DNA from: Acidobacteriota bacterium
Lineage (GTDB): Bacteria > Acidobacteriota > CAIWXX01
Assembly: GCA_040755995.1 (NCBI GenBank)
Contig: JBFMAF010000032.1
Coordinates: forward strand, 225,306 to 289,305
DNA length: 64,000 bases
Reading direction: 5' to 3'
The notes beneath the pieces are model-generated. The model was not told the origin of the DNA. It did no database searches and saw only the letters and a program-made list of their open reading frames with translations. Shown here piece by piece: positions 1 through 7,977 of this stretch (position 1 is its first letter; every line of letters starts with the position of its first letter). The translations under genes were made by a program, and so were the position numbers.

Positions 1-1
1 C

Positions 2-2101
2 GGCCGCACGCCGCTGGCGCTCATCCGGAATGACCGGTACGGCGACGAGCGGCCGCCTGTGCTGCCGATCGAGCGAGGCACAGAACGGCTGGCATCGGTG
101 TTCACAGAGTCCGTGTCGGTGCGGTCGCCGCGCATGCCGGCCGGCGAAGAGAGTCTCTTCCCGAACAAGTTTGCGAAGATGCTTTCGCCCCGCTACGAGG
201 AATCCACGTCGCAGGCGGCGGCGCTCTCGCACGAAGCGCAGTTTGTCGGGCGGCTGTTGATGAAGAGTCCGGAGCGGGTGGTGCGCGAGGCCGGGAGAAG
301 CCTCGACGAGTTCGGCAAGTCCTACGTTGTGGCGCTGATGGACAGCGGCGCCGGGGCACGGCAGAACGGGACGCTGGTCGTGCCCGAGAGGGACGTGGCT
401 ACGAAGGGCTCCAAACAGGGGTTGCGCGACCTCGAGCCGCTGCGGACCGGCATCCGGTACGATACGGAGTCTTTCGCGGACTACGCACTGGCGAGCAGGA
501 TGTACGTGGACGCCCCGGGCAAGAGGATCGAGGATGCACAGGGGGTCCTCCTCTTGCAGCGGAAGATCCTCGATCGTTTCGGCGAAGCCGGCTACGTGCC
601 CGAGAGCTTCGAGGCGTTTGTCGACGGCGATGGTACTGCGGTCACGGTCTTGCCGTCTTCCGAGAAGGCGCGCAAGATGGCCGTGGCCAAGCTTGCAGCG
701 GTTTTCACCGAAGCCTCGATCAAGAAGGCGCTCGAGCCGGAAGGCGAGCCGCTGATTTCCGAGGATCTGCTGTTCTTGGCCATGAAGCCTGAGCTGGCGA
801 AGTACTTCCAGAACGAACTGCGGGCTGTCGTGGACCGCGATGAACGGGGAGCGTGGGAGATCGCGGCTGATGTGGTGGCGCGCCGGCTTCTGGGCTTTGA
901 CCCGAGCGACTCGATGAAGAAGCTGCTCGATGTTTGGGACGCGGACGTGGCCTTGCCGCCGGGCGAGCCGCCCGCCACATCCAGCATCGGGCCGGTGCTG
1001 CGCTATGATCCGCCGGCTCTGCTCCTCTACCTGCTCGCACGGCACGACGCGAACGACTTCAGGTTCAGGCGCACATTGAGTCTCTTCGGCACGCTCATCG
1101 AGAGCGAATGGAGCCTGAGATGGGAGAAGACCCACGCGATGCTGCCTCCGTCAGAGTTCTGGCTGCTGAAGGAGGGACCGAAGAGCAGGCCCGAGGACGG
1201 CGATCTCGTCACGTTCGGTGTGCGGGTCGAGAACCGGTGCCCAGTGGCCGAAGCGCGGGCGCATGACATCCCGGCGCTTCTGTTGAAGGCCGAGTTCCTG
1301 CCGTCGCCGTTGTACGCGGGCACCGAGCCGGCCGAGGGCCTGAACGTCCTGAAGGAGTTCCTGTGGTCGTACCGGGACTTCGTGGAAGGCGACCTGTTGA
1401 GCTACCGGTACCAGGTGCTCCTGCCGAGGGACCTGCGCGGAAGATACGTCGAGGGCAGGCTGTGGGCGCGGGGCTACTCGGGATACGAGCAGTTCGGCCC
1501 TGACAGCGCCGCGGGCCTCCTGTGCGAAGACGTGGATCCGGTCGAGCTACTGCCGATTGTGCCGTTGAAGCCGATCCAGGCTATCGTCTATCACGACGTC
1601 AACGTCAACGGCATCCTAGACGCCGGCGAACGCGGGATCCCGGGAATCGCGTTCAAGGACACGCTCGGGCGAGTCTACCTGAGCGACGCCGAAGGACGGT
1701 TCGATGTCGCGGCGGGCGACCAGCACGTGGGCCTACAGATCGAGCTCAAGTCGGTGCACGCGACATACGTGCTCACGACCGCTCCCACCCGTCTGCTGAA
1801 CCGCGACACCGGGGGTCCAGTGCAGTTCGGCATGGTCTCCTGCGTGACGCTGCGCGGAGTAGTCTACGAGGACGCCAATGACAACGGCGTGTACGACGAC
1901 GGCGAGCCGAGGCCGCAGGGTGCGGTGCTAAAAGCCGGCGAGAAGCACGCGGTGACCGGACCGGGCGGCACATTCGAGCTCAGGAACCTGCCAGAGGCGT
2001 GGATAGACACTCTCGACATCGACTCGCGCCAGCCGTTCCTGCATGCCGCACTGGGCAAGCTGAGGATCGTGACGAGCGAGCTTGTCGGGGCCCGGGATTA
2101 G
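2..2101 (+). CDS. Large protein with C-terminal SdrD B-like (Cna-B) domains; 5' end outside the window
   Basis: Frame is open from the window edge. Two SdrD-B signature segments: VYHDVNVNGILDAGERGIPG and VYEDANDNGVYDDGEPRPQG. Confidence 0.7.
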   Translation, partial: GRTPLALIRNDRYGDERPPVLPIERGTERLASVFTESVSVRSPRMPAGEESLFPNKFAKMLSPRYEESTSQAAALSHEAQFVGRLLMKSPERVVREAGRSLDEFGKSYVVALMDSGAGARQNGTLVVPERDVATKGSKQGLRDLEPLRTGIRYDTESFADYALASRMYVDAPGKRIEDAQGVLLLQRKILDRFGEAGYVPESFEAFVDGDGTAVTVLPSSEKARKMAVAKLAAVFTEASIKKALEPEGEPLISEDLLFLAMKPELAKYFQNELRAVVDRDERGAWEIAADVVARRLLGFDPSDSMKKLLDVWDADVALPPGEPPATSSIGPVLRYDPPALLLYLLARHDANDFRFRRTLSLFGTLIESEWSLRWEKTHAMLPPSEFWLLKEGPKSRPEDGDLVTFGVRVENRCPVAEARAHDIPALLLKAEFLPSPLYAGTEPAEGLNVLKEFLWSYRDFVEGDLLSYRYQVLLPRDLRGRYVEGRLWARGYSGYEQFGPDSAAGLLCEDVDPVELLPIVPLKPIQAIVYHDVNVNGILDAGERGIPGIAFKDTLGRVYLSDAEGRFDVAAGDQHVGLQIELKSVHATYVLTTAPTRLLNRDTGGPVQFGMVSCVTLRGVVYEDANDNGVYDDGEPRPQGAVLKAGEKHAVTGPGGTFELRNLPEAWIDTLDIDSRQPFLHAALGKLRIVTSELVGARD
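1628..1712 (+). repeat. 85-bp degenerate direct repeat, copy 1 (copy 2 at 7644-7728)
   Basis: Ungapped manual alignment, 10 mismatches in 85 bp. Confidence 0.9.
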
Positions 2102-2409
2102 CAGCGGCTGACTTCATCTGATATCTCAGCAGACTCCAGTCGAGATTCTGAAAACTGAAGAAAAGGCGTCACAGCCTGATGAGCCTGACGAATCTGCCAA
2201 TGGGCCAGCGTCTGGCCGTTTTCCAGGAAGTGGATGAACGATTCGATCTTTGCAGCGTCCGCCTTCGACCCCGGCGTGCAGAACTGCTGGAAGCTCTGCA
2301 CCCATTTGACGTAGTAAGGTGCCTGGTTTTCCGGGACCAATCGGCGGCTTCTCAGATGGTTCTGAAATTGCTGGAGAAGCTCATCTTGCCGCGTAAGAAT
2401 CACCGCCAT
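2098..2409 (-). pseudogene. intI: Truncated integron-integrase-like gene: N-terminal phage-integrase SAM-like domain only, no catalytic domain
   Basis: LQQFQNHLRSRRLVPENQAPYYVKWVQSF...WQIRQAHQAV resembles the N-terminal extension of long IntI proteins. Divergent from attI and the cassette array. No tyrosine-recombinase R-H-R-Y motifs follow. Confidence 0.65.
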
Positions 2410-2528
2410 TGCTGGGCCAGCCTCAATACGCCGACCACCGCATACCACAGTATCGAAGAGTGGTCCTCAATCCGTCCACCGGCCGAACGGATCGAAAGCA
2501 GGAATCCAGAGAAACACTCAATTGAACG

Positions 2529-2557
2529 TTGACAGAACGCTGTCCCCGAACTACGAT
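2529..2557 (+). promoter_or_regulatory. Sigma70-type promoter, candidate cassette promoter Pc
   Basis: TTGACA-17 bp-TACGAT, about 105 bp upstream of the attI-like site and facing the array. Confidence 0.7.
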
Positions 2558-2652
2558 CCCAGCAGATCAGCGGGACGAGCTGGGATAGGAGGAACTCCTC
2601 GAGACGAGCGACACCGTTCGATAGGGGCCAACATGGGAAAGCCGGGGCTTCC

Positions 2653-2670
2653 GTCTAATAATTGTTAGCC
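2653..2670 (+). mobile_element. attI: attI-like recombination site
   Basis: GTCTAATAATT-GTTAGCC with a GTTRRRY core at 2664-2670. 2664-2674 is the exact reverse complement of 3145-3155 at the left end of the first attC. Confidence 0.7.
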
Positions 2671-2691
2671 CTCATCGGAAGGAAGAGACCA

Positions 2692-3135
2692 ATGATCCAG
2701 AAGAGGAACGCCAAGAAGCAGGCAGCGAAGAAGCCCGCCGCGCAGAAGGCGAGCCCGGAGTCACCCTCCGGGCTGATCGAGGCCAGGATCAAAGAGCTGG
2801 GCGACTGGCGGAGCAAAGCTCTCTCCCGCGTCCGCGCTCTCATCAAGCAGGCCGACCCAGATGTGGTCGAGGAGTTGAAGTGGAGAAAGCCATCCAACCC
2901 GATGGGGGTCCCAGTGTGGTCTCACGACGGGATCATCTGCACCGGTGAAATATACAAGGGCCGCGTCAAGCTGACCTTCGCCAAGGGCGCCGCGCTCAAG
3001 GACCCTTTCCGCCTCTTCAAATCGAGCCTGGAGGGCAACGCCAGGCGGGCCATCGACATCCGCGAATGCGACAAGATCGACGAGGAGGCGTTCAAAGCAC
3101 TGGTCCGCGCCGCCGTGGTCCTTAATACATCGTGA
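2692..3135 (+). CDS. Cassette 1: DUF1801 (YdhG-like) protein
   Basis: LGDWR...RVRALIKQADPDVVEELKW...GVPVWSHDGIICTGE.YK..VKLTFAKGAALKDP. Confidence 0.85.
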   Translation: MIQKRNAKKQAAKKPAAQKASPESPSGLIEARIKELGDWRSKALSRVRALIKQADPDVVEELKWRKPSNPMGVPVWSHDGIICTGEIYKGRVKLTFAKGAALKDPFRLFKSSLEGNARRAIDIRECDKIDEEAFKALVRAAVVLNTS

Positions 3136-3148
3136 GTTGGGCGGTGAG

Positions 3149-3220
3149 GGCTAACAACGGGTTCCAGCCGACGGTCCTCGCGCTGCACGCTCGGCCTGTG
3201 GCTGAACCCGAGCGTTAGGC
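3149..3220 (+). mobile_element. attC: attC site 1 (72 bp)
   Basis: GGCTAAC ... GTTAGGC, with inner imperfect palindrome CGGGTTCCAGCC / GGCTGAACCCG. Confidence 0.92.
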
Positions 3221-3347
3221 GCCCAGGGGGCGAGCAATGGCCACTAGCAAGCGGAAATCGGCTGGGTCGTGTCCCTCTTGCAAGTGCGCTTACTGAACGG
3301 ACGCCCGCGAACGACATTTGAAGCAGATCTAGGGTTCGGAGTACACG

Positions 3348-3773
3348 ATGGCGAAGAACTCACAATGGGACTGGCGCGCAATTGGGTTCGGAGTCCTCAT
3401 CGCTGTCGGTGTGTTGGGCTTCATCGCGGCGACCGCTTGGAGTATCTATCGCGCTTACGCTAAACCCGAAGCAGCTCAATCATCCGGTGTTACGAATGTA
3501 ATCCTAGTCGTGGCGGGTTTGCTAGTAACCGCGTGGGCGCTACTTTCCACAATCGCGTCTGCGGTGCGGTGGATTCGGCGTTGGCGTTGGCAGTCGCGAT
3601 GGAGAGCGCAAAAGCACAAGGAAAACCTCAGTAGGGCGATCCATGGCGAGGGAACTGTCCTTGTGTCATGCCCAGGCTGTGGGAAGTTCCTCAATCATTA
3701 TCGCGAGATTGTGTGGAAGGATGGCACCCCGTGCGTCAAATGCGAATGCGGCCAACTCGTTCGCGCCTGGTGA
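3348..3773 (+). CDS. Cassette 2: two-TM membrane protein with C-terminal zinc ribbon
   Basis: Two hydrophobic segments, then CPGC...CECG. Confidence 0.7.
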   Translation: MAKNSQWDWRAIGFGVLIAVGVLGFIAATAWSIYRAYAKPEAAQSSGVTNVILVVAGLLVTAWALLSTIASAVRWIRRWRWQSRWRAQKHKENLSRAIHGEGTVLVSCPGCGKFLNHYREIVWKDGTPCVKCECGQLVRAW

Positions 3774-3857
3774 AAGTGCCTGCACTCAGTCGCCCACGGT
3801 TCAGCGTCGTCTACCATCGGGACGCTTCGACGCACTGCGACGGCGTCGTGGCTGGGC

Positions 3858-3936
3858 GCCTAACACGTCGTTTCAGCGGACGTCAGGTCTGGCCTGCGGC
3901 CAGCCCTGCCGCCGCTGAACTCCATAGCCGTTGGGC
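3858..3936 (+). mobile_element. attC: attC site 2 (79 bp)
   Basis: GCCTAAC...TTCAGCGG...CCGCTGAA...GTTGGGC. 3852-3864 is complementary to 3214-3226. Confidence 0.92.
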
Positions 3937-3956
3937 GGATGCGAACCGGAGGTGCT

Positions 3957-4523
3957 ATGTCAGCCCGATCGATAGGCTCCTGTGACGCGCGGCTGTCCTG
4001 GAGCCTCCTATTGGCGGCCGCGTTGGCGGCAATCGGCCTGCTTAGGCTTTTCAGCGATTTTCTTACGGACATCGACCCGACTTGGGTGTCGATCCTCGGC
4101 GACTCGCCCATACATTTCTTGGCACGCACCACCGACGGCTCGCTTGCAGGCAACCTCAATGTCCAGTACTTCAAGGTGATGGCGATCCCTTGCGGACTAG
4201 CCGTTCTCTTCCTTGTCAACGGCGGCCTGACCGGCGGTATTGCCGCGGCGGAGCAACGGTGGGCAAGTCCTCGGTTTCGCTGGACCTGCATTTTCGCCTT
4301 GGCAGCGGTGTGTGCATTTTGCGAAGTCGAGAAGGCCACGCACCTCCTGGGCCTCCCGACCGGGGTCGTGGAGGGCGAGCGAGCCTGGCTAAACCACGTG
4401 GTTCATACCGTTGGAGGTATCTTGTCCTACCCGCTGTCATTTCTGTTTCGGTATCGCGTGCGAACAACCGCGGAGACCCCAGTTCTTTCAGTCCAGAATG
4501 ACCCAGAGTGCCCTGGGAACTAA
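3957..4523 (+). CDS. Cassette 3: hypothetical membrane protein
   Basis: GGAGG RBS before ATG 3957, about four hydrophobic segments, fills the cassette. Confidence 0.65.
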   Translation: MSARSIGSCDARLSWSLLLAAALAAIGLLRLFSDFLTDIDPTWVSILGDSPIHFLARTTDGSLAGNLNVQYFKVMAIPCGLAVLFLVNGGLTGGIAAAEQRWASPRFRWTCIFALAAVCAFCEVEKATHLLGLPTGVVEGERAWLNHVVHTVGGILSYPLSFLFRYRVRTTAETPVLSVQNDPECPGN

Positions 4524-4562
4524 CCCCCACTCCAGAAGTGTAGGCCCGGAAGGAAGGGCACC

Positions 4563-4743
4563 GCCCAACAACTCGTTCGAGCGGACGCCTCCTGCACCTC
4601 GCTTGGTCATGCCGCCTGCAATCATTCTTTCGGCATCGTTGTAGGAACAGTTCCTTCTGCTATCATGGTTGAGCCGGGCCAGGTGAGCAAGGGGCACGCC
4701 CTCGCTCGGCGCAGATCGGCGCCGCTCAACTCGGGCATTGGGC
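4563..4743 (+). mobile_element. attC: attC site 3, long (181 bp), with R' core ATT instead of GTT
   Basis: GCCCAAC-AACTCGTTCGAGCGG ... CCGCTCAACTCGGGC-ATTGGGC. 4561-4569 is complementary to 3930-3938. Confidence 0.8.
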
Positions 4744-4823
4744 GGACCCGCTTCCCGGGCCGCCGCGTGTGAATATGAGGGGAGCTATAGCTTCGGTACC
4801 GGTTGTGGAGGCAAGATGAGGTA

Positions 4824-5282
4824 ATGAAGCCCAGGGTCTACGTAGACGCGTCAGTTGTCGGCGGGTGCGAAGACGACGAGTTTTCCGAGCATTCCAGGCG
4901 GCTGATGGAGTGCTTTACCAAGGGGGACTTCGACCTCGTGGTGTCCACTCTCACAATACAGGAGCTGGCGGGCGCTCCGGACGAGATGCGAAGGCACCTG
5001 TCGTCAGTGCCCGAGGAGAATATCGAGACCCTCCAGCTCAACGCCGAGGCAAGTGAACTCGCCGATGCCTACATCGCCGCAGGGGTGATCACGATCGCGA
5101 TGCGGGCCGATGCCCAGCACATTGCAATGGCCACTGTGGCCCGCGTCGACGTGCTGGTGAGCTGGAACTTCAAGCACATCGTGAACCTCTTCCGGATCCA
5201 CGGGTTCAACTCCGTGAATCTGCGGAGAGGATATCCTACGCTCGAGATTCGAGCGCCGTGGGAGGTATTGCCCGATGAGTAG
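4824..5282 (+). CDS. Cassette 4: PIN-domain (VapC-like) toxin
   Basis: VYVDASV...TIQEL...DAQHIAMAT...DVLVSWNFKHIVN. Confidence 0.85.
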   Translation: MKPRVYVDASVVGGCEDDEFSEHSRRLMECFTKGDFDLVVSTLTIQELAGAPDEMRRHLSSVPEENIETLQLNAEASELADAYIAAGVITIAMRADAQHIAMATVARVDVLVSWNFKHIVNLFRIHGFNSVNLRRGYPTLEIRAPWEVLPDE

Positions 5283-5481
5283 AACCGAGAAGAAGTTCGA
5301 CGCTGTTGCCATGATGCGGTCGGCTCGAGACAGAATCTCGGCCGAGATCGAAGGCATGACGCTAGACCAAGAGCTTGCGTGGTTCCCATCGCAGGAGATC
5401 AAGGATCCCTTCTTGAGGCGGCTTCGAGAAAGGGCTGCCCAACAAACCGATTCAGCGGCTCGGCCTTCGGCCGGCCGCTGA
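5275..5481 (+). CDS. Cassette 4: small putative antitoxin downstream of the PIN gene
   Basis: 68 aa, overlaps the PIN stop, KKFDAVAMMRSARDRIS motif. The C-terminus is encoded inside attC4. Confidence 0.7.
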   Translation: MSRTEKKFDAVAMMRSARDRISAEIEGMTLDQELAWFPSQEIKDPFLRRLRERAAQQTDSAARPSAGR

Positions 5482-5498
5482 TCGGCAGGGCGTTGGGC
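5437..5498 (+). mobile_element. attC: attC site 4 (62 bp)
   Basis: GCCCAAC-AAACCGATTCAGCGG...CCGCTGATCGG...GTTGGGC. Confidence 0.9.
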
Positions 5499-5650
5499 GA
5501 CCTGAATCATCATTGTCGGCGTAGCATGCATGCAATCTTGACAGCACTTGGTCTCGTGGGCATCGTTTTAGATCCATCTCTTGCTTCGAACCCTGCCGGC
5601 ATTCGGAACGCCGACAGGGAAGGAGCCTCCGGACCAAGGAGGGTTGGGAA

Positions 5651-6472
5651 ATGAACAAGCTCGATTCCGTGATTGGCCTTCTTGCTGTGTCTGCGCTTAC
5701 GGTCCCTGCGCTGCCAGGCAATGTTTCAGCTCAACAAACCGGCAAGATCACCGAAACCGTCGAGTCTCAAACGGCAATGATCCCGGCGGGTTCGTTCCTC
5801 ATGGGCCGGGAGAGAAGCGCCCTCCCTGCGTATGTTGACGATTCGCCGCACAAGGTGGTACTCGACTCCTTCTACATGGATAAGGTGGAAGTCACCAACG
5901 CTAGGTATCAGAGCTTTTGTCAGGCCACCGGGCACAGGCTTCCGATCTTCTGGGGGATGAAGGAGTTTCACAGCGGCCCCGATTTTCCCGATTATCCGGT
6001 GGTCGGTGTCTCGCATGCCGACGCCGAAGCCTACGCTCAATGGCGGGGATGCCGCCTGCCCACCGAGGCTGAGTGGGAATACGCCGCCCGCGGCGGACTG
6101 AACGGCAAAGACTTTCCCGGCGGCGATTCGCTGGAAACCAAGGACGCCAACATCGGTCATGAGAGCACGGGAACAGCCAGGGTCGCCGGCTACGCGGCCA
6201 ACGGTTACCGATTGTTCGACATGGCCGGCAATGTCGGCGAGTGGGTGGCGGACTACTACGACAGGGACTACTATCGCAGCAGCCCGGAGAAGAACCCACC
6301 CGGACCGGCGGTTGGCCGCTTCCGGGTCGTCCGCGGCGGTGGTTGGTACTCAGGAAAAAGCTGCAATGCCGTTCACTACCGGAACGCTCTGCCGGCGAGC
6401 TGGGTCGATTTCAACGTCGGTTTTCGTTGCGCATGCGACGCCGGCCGACCGGACAACACCGGTCAAGAGTGA
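5651..6472 (+). CDS. Cassette 5: secreted FGE-sulfatase (SUMF1/EgtB C-terminal-like) domain protein
   Basis: Signal peptide, IPAGSFLMG, EVTN, RLPTEAEWEYAARGG, DMAGNVGEWV, RVVRGGGW, VGFRC. Confidence 0.9.
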   Translation: MNKLDSVIGLLAVSALTVPALPGNVSAQQTGKITETVESQTAMIPAGSFLMGRERSALPAYVDDSPHKVVLDSFYMDKVEVTNARYQSFCQATGHRLPIFWGMKEFHSGPDFPDYPVVGVSHADAEAYAQWRGCRLPTEAEWEYAARGGLNGKDFPGGDSLETKDANIGHESTGTARVAGYAANGYRLFDMAGNVGEWVADYYDRDYYRSSPEKNPPGPAVGRFRVVRGGGWYSGKSCNAVHYRNALPASWVDFNVGFRCACDAGRPDNTGQE

Positions 6473-6551
6473 CGAAGAAATATATGCTGCCTCCAAGCGA
6501 GCTCTTTCCGACTCAAGAAGACGAGATGGACGCGAACGAGTAGCACAGGTC

Positions 6552-6713
6552 GCCCAACATGTCGTTCAAGCGGACAGCGCCTGCGGATCGGCTCTGAATC
6601 ATTCATTTCAGTTGTGTGTCCTTTCGGCTATCATTGGTGATTGGCCGGGGCAGGTGAGCAAGCGCGGCGCCTTCGGTCGTGCGCAGCGCTGCCGCTCAAC
6701 TCCGGCGTTGGGC
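6552..6713 (+). mobile_element. attC: attC site 5, long (162 bp)
   Basis: GCCCAAC-ATGTCGTTCAAGCGG...CCGCTCAACTCCGGC-GTTGGGC. 6546-6558 is complementary to 5492-5504. Confidence 0.88.
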
Positions 6714-6770
6714 AGACAAGAGGGCCAGTCGAGTGGATCAGTGTCGAGCGACGCCACCAGGAGGGGACGC

Positions 6771-7301
6771 GTGGCACTCGTGGTTCTTCTGAGAGGGATC
6801 AACGTCGGCGGTCACAGGACCTTCCGACCCTCCATATTGGCCGAACAACTGAAGCACCTCGATGTCGTCAACATCGGCGCGGCGGGCACCTTCGTGATCC
6901 GGCGGCCAGTGACCCGCGCGCAGCTCCGCGCAGAATTGGCCCGCAGGCTTCCCTTTACCGCCGAGATCATGATCTGCCAGGGCCGCGAGATTGTCAGGCT
7001 GACGTCTCAGAATCATTTCGTGGACCAGACCCCACGAAACGACATCGGCCGCTTCGTGAGCGTCCTATCCAAACGCCCCCGCTCGATGCCATCGACACCC
7101 ATGAGCTTTCCCGCCAGCGGCAAGTGGCTGCTGAAGATCCTCGGGACGGACAACCGCTTCGTCTTCGGCGTGTACCGACGCCAGATGAAGGTCATCAGCT
7201 ACCTCGGTACGTTCGACCGGATCTTTGGAGTCCCGGTCACCACGCGCAACTGGAATACCATCACCGCGATCGCCAGGGTGCTGGGGAACGAAGGGTCCTG
7301 A
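6771..7301 (+). CDS. Cassette 6: DUF1697 family protein
   Basis: GTG start after GAGGGG, LLRGINVGG at the N-terminus and TTRNWNT at the C-terminus. Confidence 0.88.
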   Translation: MALVVLLRGINVGGHRTFRPSILAEQLKHLDVVNIGAAGTFVIRRPVTRAQLRAELARRLPFTAEIMICQGREIVRLTSQNHFVDQTPRNDIGRFVSVLSKRPRSMPSTPMSFPASGKWLLKILGTDNRFVFGVYRRQMKVISYLGTFDRIFGVPVTTRNWNTITAIARVLGNEGS

Positions 7302-7315
7302 TGGCGGGGGCTGCT

Positions 7316-7350
7316 GCCCAACAACCGCCGGCAGGCGACGGCGGGCGGGT
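7316..7350 (+). mobile_element. attC: Left half of attC site 6; right half deleted
   Basis: CTGCCCAAC (7314-7322) is complementary to the cassette start GTTGGGCAG (6707-6715). It is followed by AACCGCCGGCAGGCGACGG, with no matching right arm. Confidence 0.65.
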
Positions 7351-7360
7351 CGGGAGTTGC

Positions 7361-7603
7361 GCCGAGGTGGACCTTCTACTCGAGCAACATGGGGAGCTCA
7401 AGTTGGCTGTCGAAATCAAGGGCAAGAAGCGCGTGAGCGGCGCAGACCTCTCCGGCCTTCGATCGTTCGCAGAGGCGCACCTCAGTGTCCCACGATATGT
7501 CGTAGCGGAGGTACCGGAGGGGTTCGAGATCGAGGGCTGCCGAGTTCTACCGTTTCGGGTATGGCTGAGTGAGATCGGCTCGGTGCTACGACGGTCGCGC
7601 TGA
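7361..7603 (+). pseudogene. C-terminal fragment of an AAA_14/DUF4143 ATP-binding protein
   Basis: AEVDLLLE...AVEIKG...DLSGLRSF PD-(D/E)xK-like tail, with no start codon or ATPase domain. Confidence 0.7.
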
Positions 7604-7643
7604 CCGGGTCCTCCTGACGCAGTACATGCAGCAGATCCGTCCT

Positions 7644-7728
7644 GAACGCGGGATCCCGGGGACCGCGTTCAAGGACACGCTCGCGAGAGTCTGCCTCAGC
7701 AACGCCCAAGGACGGCTCGATCTCGCGG
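7644..7728 (+). repeat. 85-bp degenerate direct repeat, copy 2 (fragment of the SdrD-B coding sequence)
   Basis: Translates ERGIPGTAFKDTLARVCLSNAQGRLDLA versus ERGIPGIAFKDTLGRVYLSDAEGRFDVA in copy 1. Confidence 0.9.
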
Positions 7729-7772
7729 ATCTTGCCACCGAGAATCCGCCCAGTTCCACACTTCTCCGCCTG

Positions 7773-7801
7773 TTGACATCAACGCACCCAAGGGCTATTC
7801 T
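7773..7801 (+). promoter_or_regulatory. Sigma70-type promoter
   Basis: TTGACA-17 bp-TATTCT upstream of 7978. Confidence 0.65.
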
Positions 7802-7977
7802 CCGGTCGTGATCGACGGCCGATCTCCACAACTTCGCTGTCGAGCGCACCTCTCCTCCCTCCCTCAGGACGGAGGGCGGGACGATGTGCCTCCACTTCCA
7901 TGTTGGATTTTCTACTTCTGTAGTAGTTCCGAGGCGCAGTCCGAAAAGCAACTTCTTATCTCTCATCGGAGGAATCC

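Noticed and set aside
3294..3296. Selenocysteine read-through joining the mini-ORF to the cassette 2 gene
   Set aside because: A second in-frame stop (TAG) follows and no SECIS-like hairpin is evident.
6159..7603. 380-aa and 320-aa ORFs from the ORF track
   Set aside because: They read through attC5 and attC6. Only the DUF1697 part (6771-7301) and the DUF4143 tail (7361-7603) look like real coding sequence.
1628..7728. 85-bp repeat pair as a DGR template/variable repeat
   Set aside because: The 10 mismatches are not adenine-specific (several are G/C or T/C), and there is no reverse transcriptase in the window.
7802..7977. Riboswitch in the long leader
   Set aside because: Hairpins are present but I recognise no known aptamer consensus; an Rfam search would be needed.
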